Origin: Nitrososphaeraceae archaeon
Lineage (GTDB): Archaea > Thermoproteota > Nitrososphaeria > Nitrososphaerales > Nitrososphaeraceae
Assembly (NCBI GenBank): GCA_035297365.1
Contig: DATGZA010000014.1
Coordinates: 128,001-192,000 of the forward strand
Length of the DNA: 64,000 nucleotides
Direction: 5' to 3'
Both the position numbers and the translations under genes were made by a program. How positions within the stretch are numbered: the stretch's first letter is position 1; every line of letters begins with the position of its first letter. Shown here one piece after another: positions 30,139 through 40,600 of this stretch. The notes under the pieces were generated by a model that saw only the letters and a list, made by a program, of their open reading frames with translations, did no database searches and was not told the origin of the DNA.

Positions 30139-30365
30139 GAATTATTAAAAGTCACTGTTACAAGATTCTGAAAATTCGCAACTGATAATGATTAAAAATA
30201 TTCTTAAATAACATACATATAATAATAATTGCTGTTTGAATAGATGTTTGCATGAAATCTGAAGTATTTGATTTTCTTATTGAGGTTTTAATGACTTAGA
30301 AATAAATATGAATTTTTTAAAAGATATTATCTATATCGACCTCATAAATATGTAATACGACAAAT

Positions 30366-30887
30366 TTGGACGAATACTCTTTCATAGCTGATGCGATGTT
30401 AGGTAAAATTGCAAGAAAATTAAGGATGTTTGGTTATGATACCGTCTATGAATCGAATGTAAAAGATGACTATTTTATATTTCCAGAAGTTCATACTAAG
30501 AGAATAATATTAACAAGTGACAAAGAATTGTTTAATAGATGTAGGAAAAAAAGTCTTAGCATAATTTTGCTTAATAAGAAAACTGAATTTGAAAATTTAG
30601 TAACAATTTTTTTATCCTTAAAAGTAAAATATATAGATCCAAACCTTTCTTTTTCCCGCTGTACAGTTTGTAATGGTTTATTAGGTGTTGTTGATAATGA
30701 TAATATTTTTTTTGATGCAAATCATACATTACCTAAATTAAATAATATTAAAGAATTTTACCAGTGTAAAATCTGTAAAAAAATTTACTGGAAAGGAAGT
30801 CATGTGAATAATATACTATATTTAATTAAAAAAATAAATACAGAACTTTCAAGTCAAAAAAGTACTGGAACAACTCTTTTCATGTGA
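30366..30887 (+). CDS. Mut7-C RNase (PIN-fold) domain protein
   Basis: FIADAMLGKIARKLRMFGYDT, SRCTVCNG, CKICKKIYWKGSH. Confidence 0.92.
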   Translation: MDEYSFIADAMLGKIARKLRMFGYDTVYESNVKDDYFIFPEVHTKRIILTSDKELFNRCRKKSLSIILLNKKTEFENLVTIFLSLKVKYIDPNLSFSRCTVCNGLLGVVDNDNIFFDANHTLPKLNNIKEFYQCKICKKIYWKGSHVNNILYLIKKINTELSSQKSTGTTLFM

Positions 30888-31174
30888 ACTATTTGGTCGT
30901 ATTCCCTAATTAGGTTTTGATATTGATGTTTATTACTTTTTTTACGTATTTATTAATTAAATCCACAATCATTCCAACTGCTAAAAACATACCATAAGGA
31001 AACCATGTTTACAATTTTTATCTCGTTTTTATAAGAGATGAATATGTATATCCAGGTATAAAGATGTAAATTATGGGAAAATTTATGCGCCAAATCAAAA
31101 GTAGATTAGCTACTAAATCAAATATGTTTCTATATATAATAACGATTATCACTGGGATCGTTTACGATCATTTC

Positions 31175-31855
31175 TTATTTGTATAATTTGATTCGTAACA
31201 GTTCATAAGCCTTTGCCGCATCCCCTTCACTGATTATTAAAACTATTTCATTTGGAGTAAATAATGCATTATGTAATAAAATTTGATTATCATAAAGAAT
31301 ATTTGAAATCATCGATAATAGTTGGTATGTTTTTTTAAATTCTGTTTCAGACCAAGGCAACGTAATATTTATCATGGATATTCCTTCTTTAATTGTGTCA
31401 GGTTGGTTTTTTAATTCATCTCTAAAAATTTTCTTGATCTCATTAATATTTTCAACAAATAATTTAATATGGTTTTTTGTTTGGAAAAAATTAAATCGAA
31501 TATCGGAGTCTTTGTCAAAAAGATCTAAAATTCTTTCCATATTTTCAATTTCCATTCCAAAATTCACATCAAGTATACTTCCAGTTAATGATATTCTTGC
31601 ACCTTTGATTGATTCTAAATTGTCATTAGACACATAAGATTCCTCTCCTTGAATCAGATCAGCAAATCTTTTTATTCCCACTACAATTGTATTGATGTTT
31701 ACCTCCGACTTTGTCATCTTCTCCACTTCAGGTTTTATCTTTATAGCTAAGGCAGTGTAATTAGCAATACCTGTCTTTAGTGCCTTTATATAAAGATTGT
31801 TAGAATATAGTATCTCTCTAATAGCATGAGAAACGCTAGGTATTCTTGAGTACAT
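31175..31855 (-). CDS. ACT-domain-containing putative regulator
   Basis: GIANYTALA..IKPEVE N-terminus with ACT-like C-terminus. Confidence 0.72.
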   Translation of the reverse strand: MYSRIPSVSHAIREILYSNNLYIKALKTGIANYTALAIKIKPEVEKMTKSEVNINTIVVGIKRFADLIQGEESYVSNDNLESIKGARISLTGSILDVNFGMEIENMERILDLFDKDSDIRFNFFQTKNHIKLFVENINEIKKIFRDELKNQPDTIKEGISMINITLPWSETEFKKTYQLLSMISNILYDNQILLHNALFTPNEIVLIISEGDAAKAYELLRIKLYK

Positions 31856-31929
31856 ATTTATTACATAATGAAATATATATTACATCAATTTATTCTTAAT
31901 TTATTTTTGTTTCATAGCCAATTTCTATT

Positions 31930-32418
31930 TTATTGAATATTCTTTTCTTCTTCCTTGATTGTCTTGCAGCATCTTCCATAAGGAATAGGGTGTCCATGTG
32001 GACAAAATCTTGGATGATTTAATAGTATGCATAATGCATCTGTAAATTTAGTTTTCATATGATGTTCTATTCCACAGACCATTTCTTCATCTATCTCTAT
32101 TTTTAGCGCATCATTCATCATAACTTCTAATAATCGTGTATTACGGATCATCTGTTTTCCTATTTTTTCGCCTTTTTGTGTTAACTGGACTAAATTTCCT
32201 TTTTCGTATGAAACAAGATTTGAATCATTAAGCTTATGCAACATTTGAACTACCGAGGGTTGTTTTACATTCAATAATTTTGCTATTGAACTGACCTTTA
32301 TCTCTTTACCCATTTCACGAATAAACCAAATCGCTTTTAAATACATCTCTGTATGTTCAGATTCCGCTGTCCCTAGATACAAAGCCTCCTCGCTAACCAT
32401 CTCTGGAGATATCTTCAA
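31930..32418 (-). CDS. DtxR/MntR family metal-dependent regulator
   Basis: EMYLKAI, HTH IAKLLNVKQPSVVQML, RLLE, IEHH, CPHGHPIP. Confidence 0.93.
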   Translation of the reverse strand: MKISPEMVSEEALYLGTAESEHTEMYLKAIWFIREMGKEIKVSSIAKLLNVKQPSVVQMLHKLNDSNLVSYEKGNLVQLTQKGEKIGKQMIRNTRLLEVMMNDALKIEIDEEMVCGIEHHMKTKFTDALCILLNHPRFCPHGHPIPYGRCCKTIKEEEKNIQ

Positions 32419-32508
32419 GCTTACGTTACTCCTACTGTTAATTCCAACTATTAACTTTTCCCAACTATTAGAAACTAAATTTAAATCCCCGAGTGTCTGA
32501 ATATCTAG

Positions 32509-33657
32509 ATGATGTCAACTATTAATCAGATTACTGTTGTTGGATCTGGTGTTATGGGTCATGGCATTGCACAAATATCAGCAATGGCCGGTTATGAAGT
32601 TGTTATCCGAGATATCCAACAATCTTTTCTTGATAAAGCGATGGAGAAAATAAACTGGTCTGTAAATAAATTAGCGGAGAAGAAAAAAATTAATCAAACT
32701 GAAGCAGAAAAGATAATAAACAGGATTCATCCGATCGTGGATATAGAACAGTCATTAAAAAACTCTGAGCTAATAATAGAGGCTGTTCCAGAAGATTTAC
32801 GATTAAAACATAAAGTATATGAAGAATTAGATAAATATGCCGATAAGAATGTAATTTTTGCATCAAATACCAGTACCTTACCAATTTCTGAAATTTCGTC
32901 ATTTACTTCAAGATCAAACAGGTTTATAGGCCTACATTTTTTTAATCCTCCTCAATTGATGAAATTAGTCGAGGTAATACCTGGAGATAAAACTGATAAA
33001 CAAATTACAGATTTAATAATTAATTTTGTCAACAAGATAGGAAAGATTCCTATTCTGTGCAAAAAAGACGTCCCTGGCTTTATAGTTAACAGAATTTTCA
33101 TCCCACTTGTTCATGAAGCTGTGTATTCTTTGGATAGATCAAAATCATCGCTTGTTGAAATAGATTCAGCATCAAAATATAAAATGGCCTTGCCTATGGG
33201 TATTTTTGAATTAGCAGATTATACGGGTATTGACGTTATACATAAAGCAACAAATGAAATGTATTCTCGTGATAAAAAGGTAATATTTCCTCATCCAAAA
33301 ATCCAGGAATTATTTGAAAATAAAGAATTGGGTCAAAAGACAGGAAAAGGATTCTATCAGTATCAAGGGGATAATTATGAAAGAATACAACTTACAGAAG
33401 AATTGGCAGAAAAGTTTGATCCTATCTCTTTAGTATCAGTGGCAGTCAATAATGCCTCATGGTTACTTTCTAACGGAGTATGCAACAAGAATGAGCTTGA
33501 GCAGGCCTTAATGTTAGGAATGGGATTAAAAAGAGAATTATTTGAAACAGCGGAAATTTTTGGAATAAATAATATAATCGATACATTACAATATCTCAGT
33601 TCGGAATTCGGAATGTTCTATGAACCAGACAAATATTTACTATCTATGAAAAATTAG
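32509..33657 (+). CDS. 3-hydroxyacyl-CoA (3-hydroxybutyryl-CoA) dehydrogenase
   Basis: GSGVMGHGIA, EAVPE, SNTSTL, GLHFFNP, PGFIVNR; this family serves the 3HP/4HB cycle in ammonia-oxidising archaea. Confidence 0.93.
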   Translation: MMSTINQITVVGSGVMGHGIAQISAMAGYEVVIRDIQQSFLDKAMEKINWSVNKLAEKKKINQTEAEKIINRIHPIVDIEQSLKNSELIIEAVPEDLRLKHKVYEELDKYADKNVIFASNTSTLPISEISSFTSRSNRFIGLHFFNPPQLMKLVEVIPGDKTDKQITDLIINFVNKIGKIPILCKKDVPGFIVNRIFIPLVHEAVYSLDRSKSSLVEIDSASKYKMALPMGIFELADYTGIDVIHKATNEMYSRDKKVIFPHPKIQELFENKELGQKTGKGFYQYQGDNYERIQLTEELAEKFDPISLVSVAVNNASWLLSNGVCNKNELEQALMLGMGLKRELFETAEIFGINNIIDTLQYLSSEFGMFYEPDKYLLSMKN

Positions 33658-33683
33658 AATAAAAAAATAAAAACAACATTTTT

Positions 33684-34190
33684 TTACTTTTTAATATATT
33701 TAATAATATGTTCAACTGCTCTTTTTGGGCTAGTCGTTTTTTGAATCATTATTCTTTTTCGTTCGTCTAAAAATTTTCCACCATAACTATCAGCAATTCC
33801 ACCGCTTCCAGTAATTGCTACCATTCTCTTTTTTAGCATATAACCCACAGTTACCTCAGTCAACGTACCAACTCCACCTCCAACAACTATAATACCATCT
33901 GCTGAACTCGCTACAATAAAGTCCCTACTGTAGCCTATTCCAGTAGGTATTACAATGTCGCAATATTTATTTGCAAATGAGAAGTCATCTTGAGGAATAA
34001 TTCCGATAGTTATACCTCTATTGTCATTCGCACCATTACATGCGGCTTCCATTACTCCACCAAGACCTCCACAGACCAAAACAGAGCCCGATAAAGCAAT
34101 CTCTTTTCCTACGTCATATGCTATTTTTCTTGCAATAGCGGTACAAATATTCTCATTATAACCAATTACCGAAATCTGTCTTTTACGCAT
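33684..34190 (-). CDS. TIGR00725 / LOG family protein
   Basis: CGGLGGVMEAA, GGGVGTLTE. Confidence 0.9.
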   Translation of the reverse strand: MRKRQISVIGYNENICTAIARKIAYDVGKEIALSGSVLVCGGLGGVMEAACNGANDNRGITIGIIPQDDFSFANKYCDIVIPTGIGYSRDFIVASSADGIIVVGGGVGTLTEVTVGYMLKKRMVAITGSGGIADSYGGKFLDERKRIMIQKTTSPKRAVEHIIKYIKK

Positions 34191-34308
34191 CTAATACAAA
34201 GAATCATCTTATTTTAAATTTATTTGGTTATTTTAAATGATATAATGTTACGAACAATTGGAAAAATCTACATTAAATATATTTGAAAATAGAATATATA
34301 TCACCCCA

Positions 34309-35580
34309 ATGTCCTCTGTGCATATGGAATATAGAGTCAAAGATATTATACTGTCTAATACTGGTAAAAAAAGAATTGATTGGGCACAGTCACATATGCC
34401 TGTCCTGTATGCTTTAAGAAAAAAATTCGAAGTCACAAAGCCTTTAGAAGATATCAAAGTATCTGGTTGTCTTCATGTCACAAAAGAAACTGGTGTCTTG
34501 GTTAGAACCTTAAAAGCTGCTGGTGCTCAAATCTCTTGGTGTGGTTGCAATCCTTTAAGTACCCAAGATGATGTTGCTGCTTCTCTCGCACAGGATGAGG
34601 AAATAGCCATTTTTGCGAGTAGAGGAGTATCCACAGAGCAATATTATGAAGATATTTATTCTACTATAAAACAAGGTCCTAATCTCACTATTGATGACGG
34701 TGCTGACCTTACTGTTGAGATTCACAATAAATTTGCTTCTAATGGTTTCGATCTACTTGGTGGAACGGAAGAAACTACTACTGGAGTGATTAGATTGAGA
34801 GCCATGGAAAAATCTGGTAAATTGTTATATCCAATTATTGCAGTAAATGATGCCGAGACAAAACACGATTTCGATAACGTGTATGGTACAGGCCAATCGG
34901 CACTCGACGGGATTATTCGTGCAACAAATGTACTGATTGCTGGAAAAAACATAGTTGTAGCCGGATATGGTCATGTAGGTAAGGGAATAGCTAGAAGAGC
35001 TTCAGGCTTAGGTGCAAACGTGATAGTTACTGAAGTGGATCCAATTGCTGCACTTAAAGCGAAACTTGATGGATATTCAGTAACGTATATGAATGATGCA
35101 GTATCCAAAGGTGATATTTTTATTACTGCTACTGGTTGTAAAGATGTCATTTCATATAAACATATTCTGAACATGAAGGATGGTGCTATCCTTGCAAATG
35201 CAGGGCATTTCAATGTTGAAATTTCGGTTTCTGATTTGGAAAGCAATTCAATTAAGAAAGAATCCATTAACGAAAGTACTATGTCATATCAATTATCTAA
35301 AGATAAAAAGATCTATTTGATCGGAGAGGGTCGTCTGGTTAATCTAGCGGCAGCGGAAGGACATCCTTCTGAAGTTATGGATATGAGTTTTGCAAATCAG
35401 TTTTTGGCCGTTCTAAAACTTTCTAAAGTTGGTAAGGATTTGAGGCCAAGTGTTTACAATGTAGATAAAAGTCAAGATCAAGAGATTGCAATGTCAAAAC
35501 TTCGTTCAATGAATGTAAAAATTGATGTTCTTTCCCCGGGACAACAAGAATATCTTTCTGGTTTTAGCGAAGGAACTTGA
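34309..35580 (+). CDS. ahcY: adenosylhomocysteinase
   Basis: CLHVTKET, NPLSTQD, EETTTG, KHDFDN.YGTGQS, GHPSEVMD.SF; start 34309 or 34324. Confidence 0.97.
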   Translation: MSSVHMEYRVKDIILSNTGKKRIDWAQSHMPVLYALRKKFEVTKPLEDIKVSGCLHVTKETGVLVRTLKAAGAQISWCGCNPLSTQDDVAASLAQDEEIAIFASRGVSTEQYYEDIYSTIKQGPNLTIDDGADLTVEIHNKFASNGFDLLGGTEETTTGVIRLRAMEKSGKLLYPIIAVNDAETKHDFDNVYGTGQSALDGIIRATNVLIAGKNIVVAGYGHVGKGIARRASGLGANVIVTEVDPIAALKAKLDGYSVTYMNDAVSKGDIFITATGCKDVISYKHILNMKDGAILANAGHFNVEISVSDLESNSIKKESINESTMSYQLSKDKKIYLIGEGRLVNLAAAEGHPSEVMDMSFANQFLAVLKLSKVGKDLRPSVYNVDKSQDQEIAMSKLRSMNVKIDVLSPGQQEYLSGFSEGT

Positions 35581-35641
35581 TCTTCTTTTAAGGTCATGAA
35601 AGAAATAAAGGAACCTAAATCCTCTTATTGTATATCCCTTT

Positions 35642-35716
35642 GGATGGGTAGTCTAGCCTGGTTAAGATACCTGTCTCACACACAGGTGATCGAGAGTTCA
35701 AATCTCTCCTCATCCA
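35642..35716 (+). tRNA. tRNA-Val(CAC), intronless, CCA not encoded
   Basis: Cloverleaf: GGATGGG/CTCATCC acceptor stem, CCTGT/ACAGG anticodon stem with CAC at 35677-35679, GAGAG-TTCAAAT-CTCTC T arm. Confidence 0.97.
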
Positions 35717-36636
35717 TCATTTAAATAATAAATATGATCCTTTATACAGTGCTTTATGCCTTCCTGTTAAAATTTTTTAATATATAATAACAGAATTAAA
35801 AAAAATTCGTTGATATTCCAAGACTGGGGCCAAAGAGCACAACAAGGATTGAAGCTTATTTCTGTTATGAAGAGTATTTGCAGAAAATATTCTATCTAGA
35901 GTTACACGAATACCAGATCAGCAATAAACATTAGATATACATTCTATTCTGTTCCCATATTGGTTAATGGTAACGGTATCACAGTAACAATTTCTGTATC
36001 GCTTAAATTCAAATAAATGTTTGCATCCGAATATCATAGCAACAGAACCAAATAAAATAAAATATCAAAAAGGAAGTCGTTTTAGGTATTAGTTGTAGAC
36101 AAACGATATGACACAAGATAATCATAGACTCATTAGAGACAAACTGAATAGATACAGTATTACACTACTGATATAGGAGGATAAACCAATACTGAAAACT
36201 CATCAAAAATATAGTCAGTTGAAGCTTGCATACCACAATATTTTGTACATGAAGAGAAATAATATAGATGAGATTATATTATCTTTCATAAAAAGAATCT
36301 TTGGAGAACATACTACATTCAGATCGATACTATTGCAGAATAGAGAACTCATTTTTAGACGTGTTGCGTCTAATGTTAATAACATGATATGTTCGTAATT
36401 ATCTTGATGATTTCTACGCAACCGTATTAACAGATCATTTAAATAAAAACATTAGGTCTGCTTTAAGACATGTTTTTTAATATTAATCATTATGTGAATA
36501 AACTAAAAGATATTTCAAATATTTTTTTATCATTGTTTGCTTGTCAAAATTGAATGTATGATCAAATGAAATTATCTTGGTTTATTATATGTTGTAATAA
36601 AAAAAAGGAGTCAAATATTTTAAAAAATAAGGAATT

Positions 36637-37683
36637 TTATTTCTTCCTAGCTTTGACTAACACCAGTACCGCTACGGCTCCCATCATTCCTCCAAGAATT
36701 AATAATACTTGAATTGGAAAATCACCTGATGATGTAACAGTTCCTTCTGGAGCATTAGGTGTTACAAATGCTACTTCTCCACCACCAACTTTTTGAACTT
36801 TTGCAAAGCCACCTATCTGTATCTGAGCACTGGGTGGCGGATTTGATGTTCTGATTGTTACATCTGAACCATTGATTGTTGTTTCAGCCGATGCCTCGAC
36901 TGCAGTATGTGTTCCTTCTCTGAGACTGCTTTCTCCTAGTGAAAATACCGAAACAACTCTAGTACCTCCTTCTCCTGCGTAACCTGATCCAGCAGCCGAT
37001 GCCTGACTTCCAGTGGGGTCAAAGAGAAAATGCCATCTGTCCATCGGTAATCCTATCTCCTCGTAATCTAACAATGGTGTTTGAAGAATTTTTTTTGCGT
37101 CTTCTGAAGAGGATAATATTTGAGCCGCTTCTGGGTATTTTGCCAATATTAGTCCCATTGGATAGTTTATATCAAATTTCCCATATTCTGGAACGCTAAC
37201 TGTAAGTGGACCCGGAACTACTACGCTCCTCCAATCAAGATCAACTGCAGTTGTCCTATTATTAGATGGAAGTACAAAATTAGTAATTTCTGGCATAAAT
37301 TTAATTTTATATGATATTGCCACTCGATTTTCCTCACCTCTTATTTGAGCAGTATATTCTAATTTAGATTTGTTTAGTTGTATAGGGCTATTCTTATCCA
37401 CAAGAATAGCTTCATTAACGGACCTCTGCAGCTCATTCATTCCTGCGTCTGATGAATTCAATTTAAATGATATGCGTTCATTTGTACCATTAAATATCTT
37501 TGATAATTCACTTCCTGGTTCATATTTTATAGTTAAAAATCTTATACTAGTAAATACAGGATCTGCCTTGTCAGTCTGCGGGATAAGAAATGCTTCCATC
37601 TGTGCAGCAAATGCCTGTGAAAAAACAACAGGTACTAATATCAATCCCATGACCCAATATGTCAATAAGGCCTTTCGATTCAC
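36637..37683 (-). CDS. secreted hypothetical protein with C-terminal membrane anchor
   Basis: Signal peptide ending AFAAQ; C-terminal TM helix followed by KARKK. Confidence 0.85.
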   Translation of the reverse strand: MNRKALLTYWVMGLILVPVVFSQAFAAQMEAFLIPQTDKADPVFTSIRFLTIKYEPGSELSKIFNGTNERISFKLNSSDAGMNELQRSVNEAILVDKNSPIQLNKSKLEYTAQIRGEENRVAISYKIKFMPEITNFVLPSNNRTTAVDLDWRSVVVPGPLTVSVPEYGKFDINYPMGLILAKYPEAAQILSSSEDAKKILQTPLLDYEEIGLPMDRWHFLFDPTGSQASAAGSGYAGEGGTRVVSVFSLGESSLREGTHTAVEASAETTINGSDVTIRTSNPPPSAQIQIGGFAKVQKVGGGEVAFVTPNAPEGTVTSSGDFPIQVLLILGGMMGAVAVLVLVKARKK

Positions 37684-37866
37684 ACTAAATCTCTAAATTT
37701 GACGAATATAATTCTTATTATTAAAAAATTGGTATATTTTTAAAAAATATTATCTTAAATATTTGAAAAAATTTCAATTTTTTACAATTTAAAACAAGTC
37801 TGTTCCCTATAATGTCAATCCATTAATCGAAAATTTTACATTCGTCGTTTTAACTTTATTTGATGA

Positions 37867-38778
37867 TTGATCACAGTTTTAGCCGGAGGAACTGGCTCCA
37901 TTAAGATAATTCGCGGGCTAAGCGTTATTACCTCCAAATTATCGATAATTGCTAACGTTGGGGATAACTTTTGGTTTCAGGGCTTGTACATATGTCCAGA
38001 TGTTGACACGTCACTCTATGGACTAAAAGGAATACTTGACAAGAAGCGTGGTTGGGGGATAAAAAATGACTCTTTTACTTTTATTGACACTCTGAAAAGC
38101 TTAGGGGAAGAAAACTGGTTTAAAATAGGAGATAAAGACCTTGTAAACCATATCATCAGAACAAGATTGCTACGAGAAGGCTTACCACTATATGAAGTAA
38201 TTAAAAAGATTGCAAAATTGTATGATATAAAACACAATGTTATACCAGCTACCGATACACCAATTGAAACAAGAATAATTACCGATAAAGGAGATATAAA
38301 CATTCAAGAGTTTTGGGTAAAGTATAAAGGAAAACCAAGAGTTTACGATGTTTATTATAAAAATGTTGAAAACGCCAAGATAAATGAGAACATTACAAAA
38401 TTATTACGTCATTCCAAATCGATAATCATAGCACCAGCTAACCCAATTTCGAGTATTGGACCAATATTAGCTATTAAACCAATTCAAGACGAATTAATAT
38501 GCCAAAGAAAAAAAGTTTTGGCTATCTCTCCTATCATTGGAAATAAACCATTCAGTGGACCAGCTGCAAAATATCTTGAATCCAAAAGAATTGAAATCTC
38601 ATCTCTTGGAATAGCAAAATTTTATTCCAGATTTGTAAGTAAATTAGTTATTCACAAAACAGACCATCTTCTTTCAGAACTTATTTCAGATATAGGAGTT
38701 CAGCCATATATCACAAATATCATTATGCGAGGTCCAAGAGAGGAAGTCAATTTGGCAAAATACATTTCAGCATTATAG
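37867..38778 (+). CDS. cofD: 2-phospho-L-lactate transferase
   Basis: LAGGTGS, GLYICPDVDT, IGDKD, NPISSIGP, FSGPAAK. Confidence 0.95.
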   Translation: MITVLAGGTGSIKIIRGLSVITSKLSIIANVGDNFWFQGLYICPDVDTSLYGLKGILDKKRGWGIKNDSFTFIDTLKSLGEENWFKIGDKDLVNHIIRTRLLREGLPLYEVIKKIAKLYDIKHNVIPATDTPIETRIITDKGDINIQEFWVKYKGKPRVYDVYYKNVENAKINENITKLLRHSKSIIIAPANPISSIGPILAIKPIQDELICQRKKVLAISPIIGNKPFSGPAAKYLESKRIEISSLGIAKFYSRFVSKLVIHKTDHLLSELISDIGVQPYITNIIMRGPREEVNLAKYISAL

Positions 38779-38785
38779 GTAGAAT

Positions 38786-39427
38786 TTGAGATTGAAAATA
38801 GTTGCGATTGTGCCAATAAAGAATACGGAATCTTCCAAATCTAGACTATCCTTCATATTGAATCAAAATCAAAGAAGAATGCTTGTAAATTTTCTGCTTG
38901 ACTTAACAATAAAAGAACTAAATAAATCCTCTTTGATAACCAATATCCTTTTAGTATCAAGCGATAAATATTTCAGGGAAGTTTATAAAAACAAAAAAAT
39001 CGGATTTCTCACAGATTTTAATGAAGGAGTAAATAAAGCCATCTCACTGGCTGATTCTTATCTAGAAAATCAGAAAATCGACGCAAGTATAGTAATTCCC
39101 ATAGATTTACCTCTCATCACTTCTTGTGATGTTGATTATTTTTGCAGAATGTCCATGGAGTTTTCAAAATGTGTAATTATCTGTCCCTCTAAAAGATTGG
39201 ATGGAACCAATATCATGTTACGGAAACCACATAATGTCATTAAAACCTATTATGATGACAACAGTTATCAAAATCACTTTCTAGAAGCAAAACTTTACAA
39301 TGTCCCCATCAAACCGGTATATCGCGATAATCTTACTTTTGACATTGATACAAGAGAGGACTTGATTTCACTAACAAAAATTGGTAACTGGGAAAATATT
39401 TTAAAAAAATTGGGATTATTTTCATAA
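38786..39427 (+). CDS. cofC: 2-phospho-L-lactate guanylyltransferase
   Basis: IVPIK...SKSRLS, DLP, DGTN, DIDT; follows cofD. Confidence 0.92.
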   Translation: MRLKIVAIVPIKNTESSKSRLSFILNQNQRRMLVNFLLDLTIKELNKSSLITNILLVSSDKYFREVYKNKKIGFLTDFNEGVNKAISLADSYLENQKIDASIVIPIDLPLITSCDVDYFCRMSMEFSKCVIICPSKRLDGTNIMLRKPHNVIKTYYDDNSYQNHFLEAKLYNVPIKPVYRDNLTFDIDTREDLISLTKIGNWENILKKLGLFS

Positions 39428-39504
39428 TTTTCTTTATTTGATATTTATAATTAAGATCTTTTTTATAATTTTACTAGTTAACTATATTAAGTCTAGATAG
39501 CAAT

Positions 39505-40563
39505 TTGAAAATAATGAAGGCGGCAGTTTTTAGAGAATATAACAAGGATCCTACACAGGTAGTTAAAATTGAAGATATAGATACTCCTAAAATAAAACCT
39601 AATGAAGTTTTGATAAAGGTCGAATCAGCTTCATATAATTATAATGATTTATGGGCAATTTGGGGAGATCCTGTCCAAACCCCACTTCCTCATATTTCAG
39701 GAAGTGATGTAGCGGGTACAGTGGTAGAGATTGGAGAAGAAGTAACCAACTTTAAGCTAGGAGACAGAGTTGTTTCTCATTCTAATATGAGTTGTAGAAC
39801 TTGTGCTTTATGTACAGCTGGAAAAGAATATGATTGTGCACAAAGAAGCATTTGGGGTTTTCAAACTGGACCTCTTTGGGGAGGGTTTGCGCAATATACC
39901 CATTTGCCCGAAGTAAATGTAGCCAAGATACCAGATACAGTATCTTTTGCTGATGCTGCAGCAATTTCAATGGTGGGAATGACATCATGGCATATGTTAG
40001 TTGGTAGAGCGAAGATAAAACCAGGACAAACAGTTTTGATAATGGGGGGAACAAGCGGAGTAGGAATGTCGGGAATCCAAATAGCAAAATTATATAATTG
40101 TGATGTTATTGCAACTGCGGGTAATCAGGCAAAAATGGATAAGTGTCTGGAGCTCGGTGCGGATCATGTTGTAAACCATCGAGAGTCTGATTGGTCTAAG
40201 AAAGTACGAAATCTAACAAATAAACAAGGAGTGGATGTAGTTTTCGAACACATCGGAAAATCTGTTTTTCCACAGGAAGTCTCTTTATTAAAAATGGGAG
40301 GAACCCTTGTAGCTACGGGTGCCACCACTGGCTATGACTCCACGATAGATTTGAGATATCTTTTCTTTAAAGGCACTAATCTTCTTGGTTCTACTCAGGG
40401 GACAAAAGCAGAATTGGAAGATGTCATATACTGGGTTGGTAAAGGTAAAATCAAACCGCTTATAGCAACAACTTTACCATTTTCTGATATGGTGAAGGGT
40501 CATACTATGATGGCCAATGCTGATCAGATTGGGAAGATCCTCACAACTCCACAAAGCCTTTAA
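39505..40563 (+). CDS. MDR-superfamily Zn-binding oxidoreductase (quinone/enoyl reductase type)
   Basis: CRTCALC..C structural Zn site, GGTSGVG; lacks the GHE motif (has GSD). Confidence 0.88.
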   Translation: MKIMKAAVFREYNKDPTQVVKIEDIDTPKIKPNEVLIKVESASYNYNDLWAIWGDPVQTPLPHISGSDVAGTVVEIGEEVTNFKLGDRVVSHSNMSCRTCALCTAGKEYDCAQRSIWGFQTGPLWGGFAQYTHLPEVNVAKIPDTVSFADAAAISMVGMTSWHMLVGRAKIKPGQTVLIMGGTSGVGMSGIQIAKLYNCDVIATAGNQAKMDKCLELGADHVVNHRESDWSKKVRNLTNKQGVDVVFEHIGKSVFPQEVSLLKMGGTLVATGATTGYDSTIDLRYLFFKGTNLLGSTQGTKAELEDVIYWVGKGKIKPLIATTLPFSDMVKGHTMMANADQIGKILTTPQSL

Positions 40564-40600
40564 TCTTTTTATTTTTTTTATTACTCTAGTGATTTTATAC

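Noticed and set aside
36215-36421. 68-aa ORF after tRNA-Val
   Set aside because: No motif and a weak start; treated as part of the decayed region
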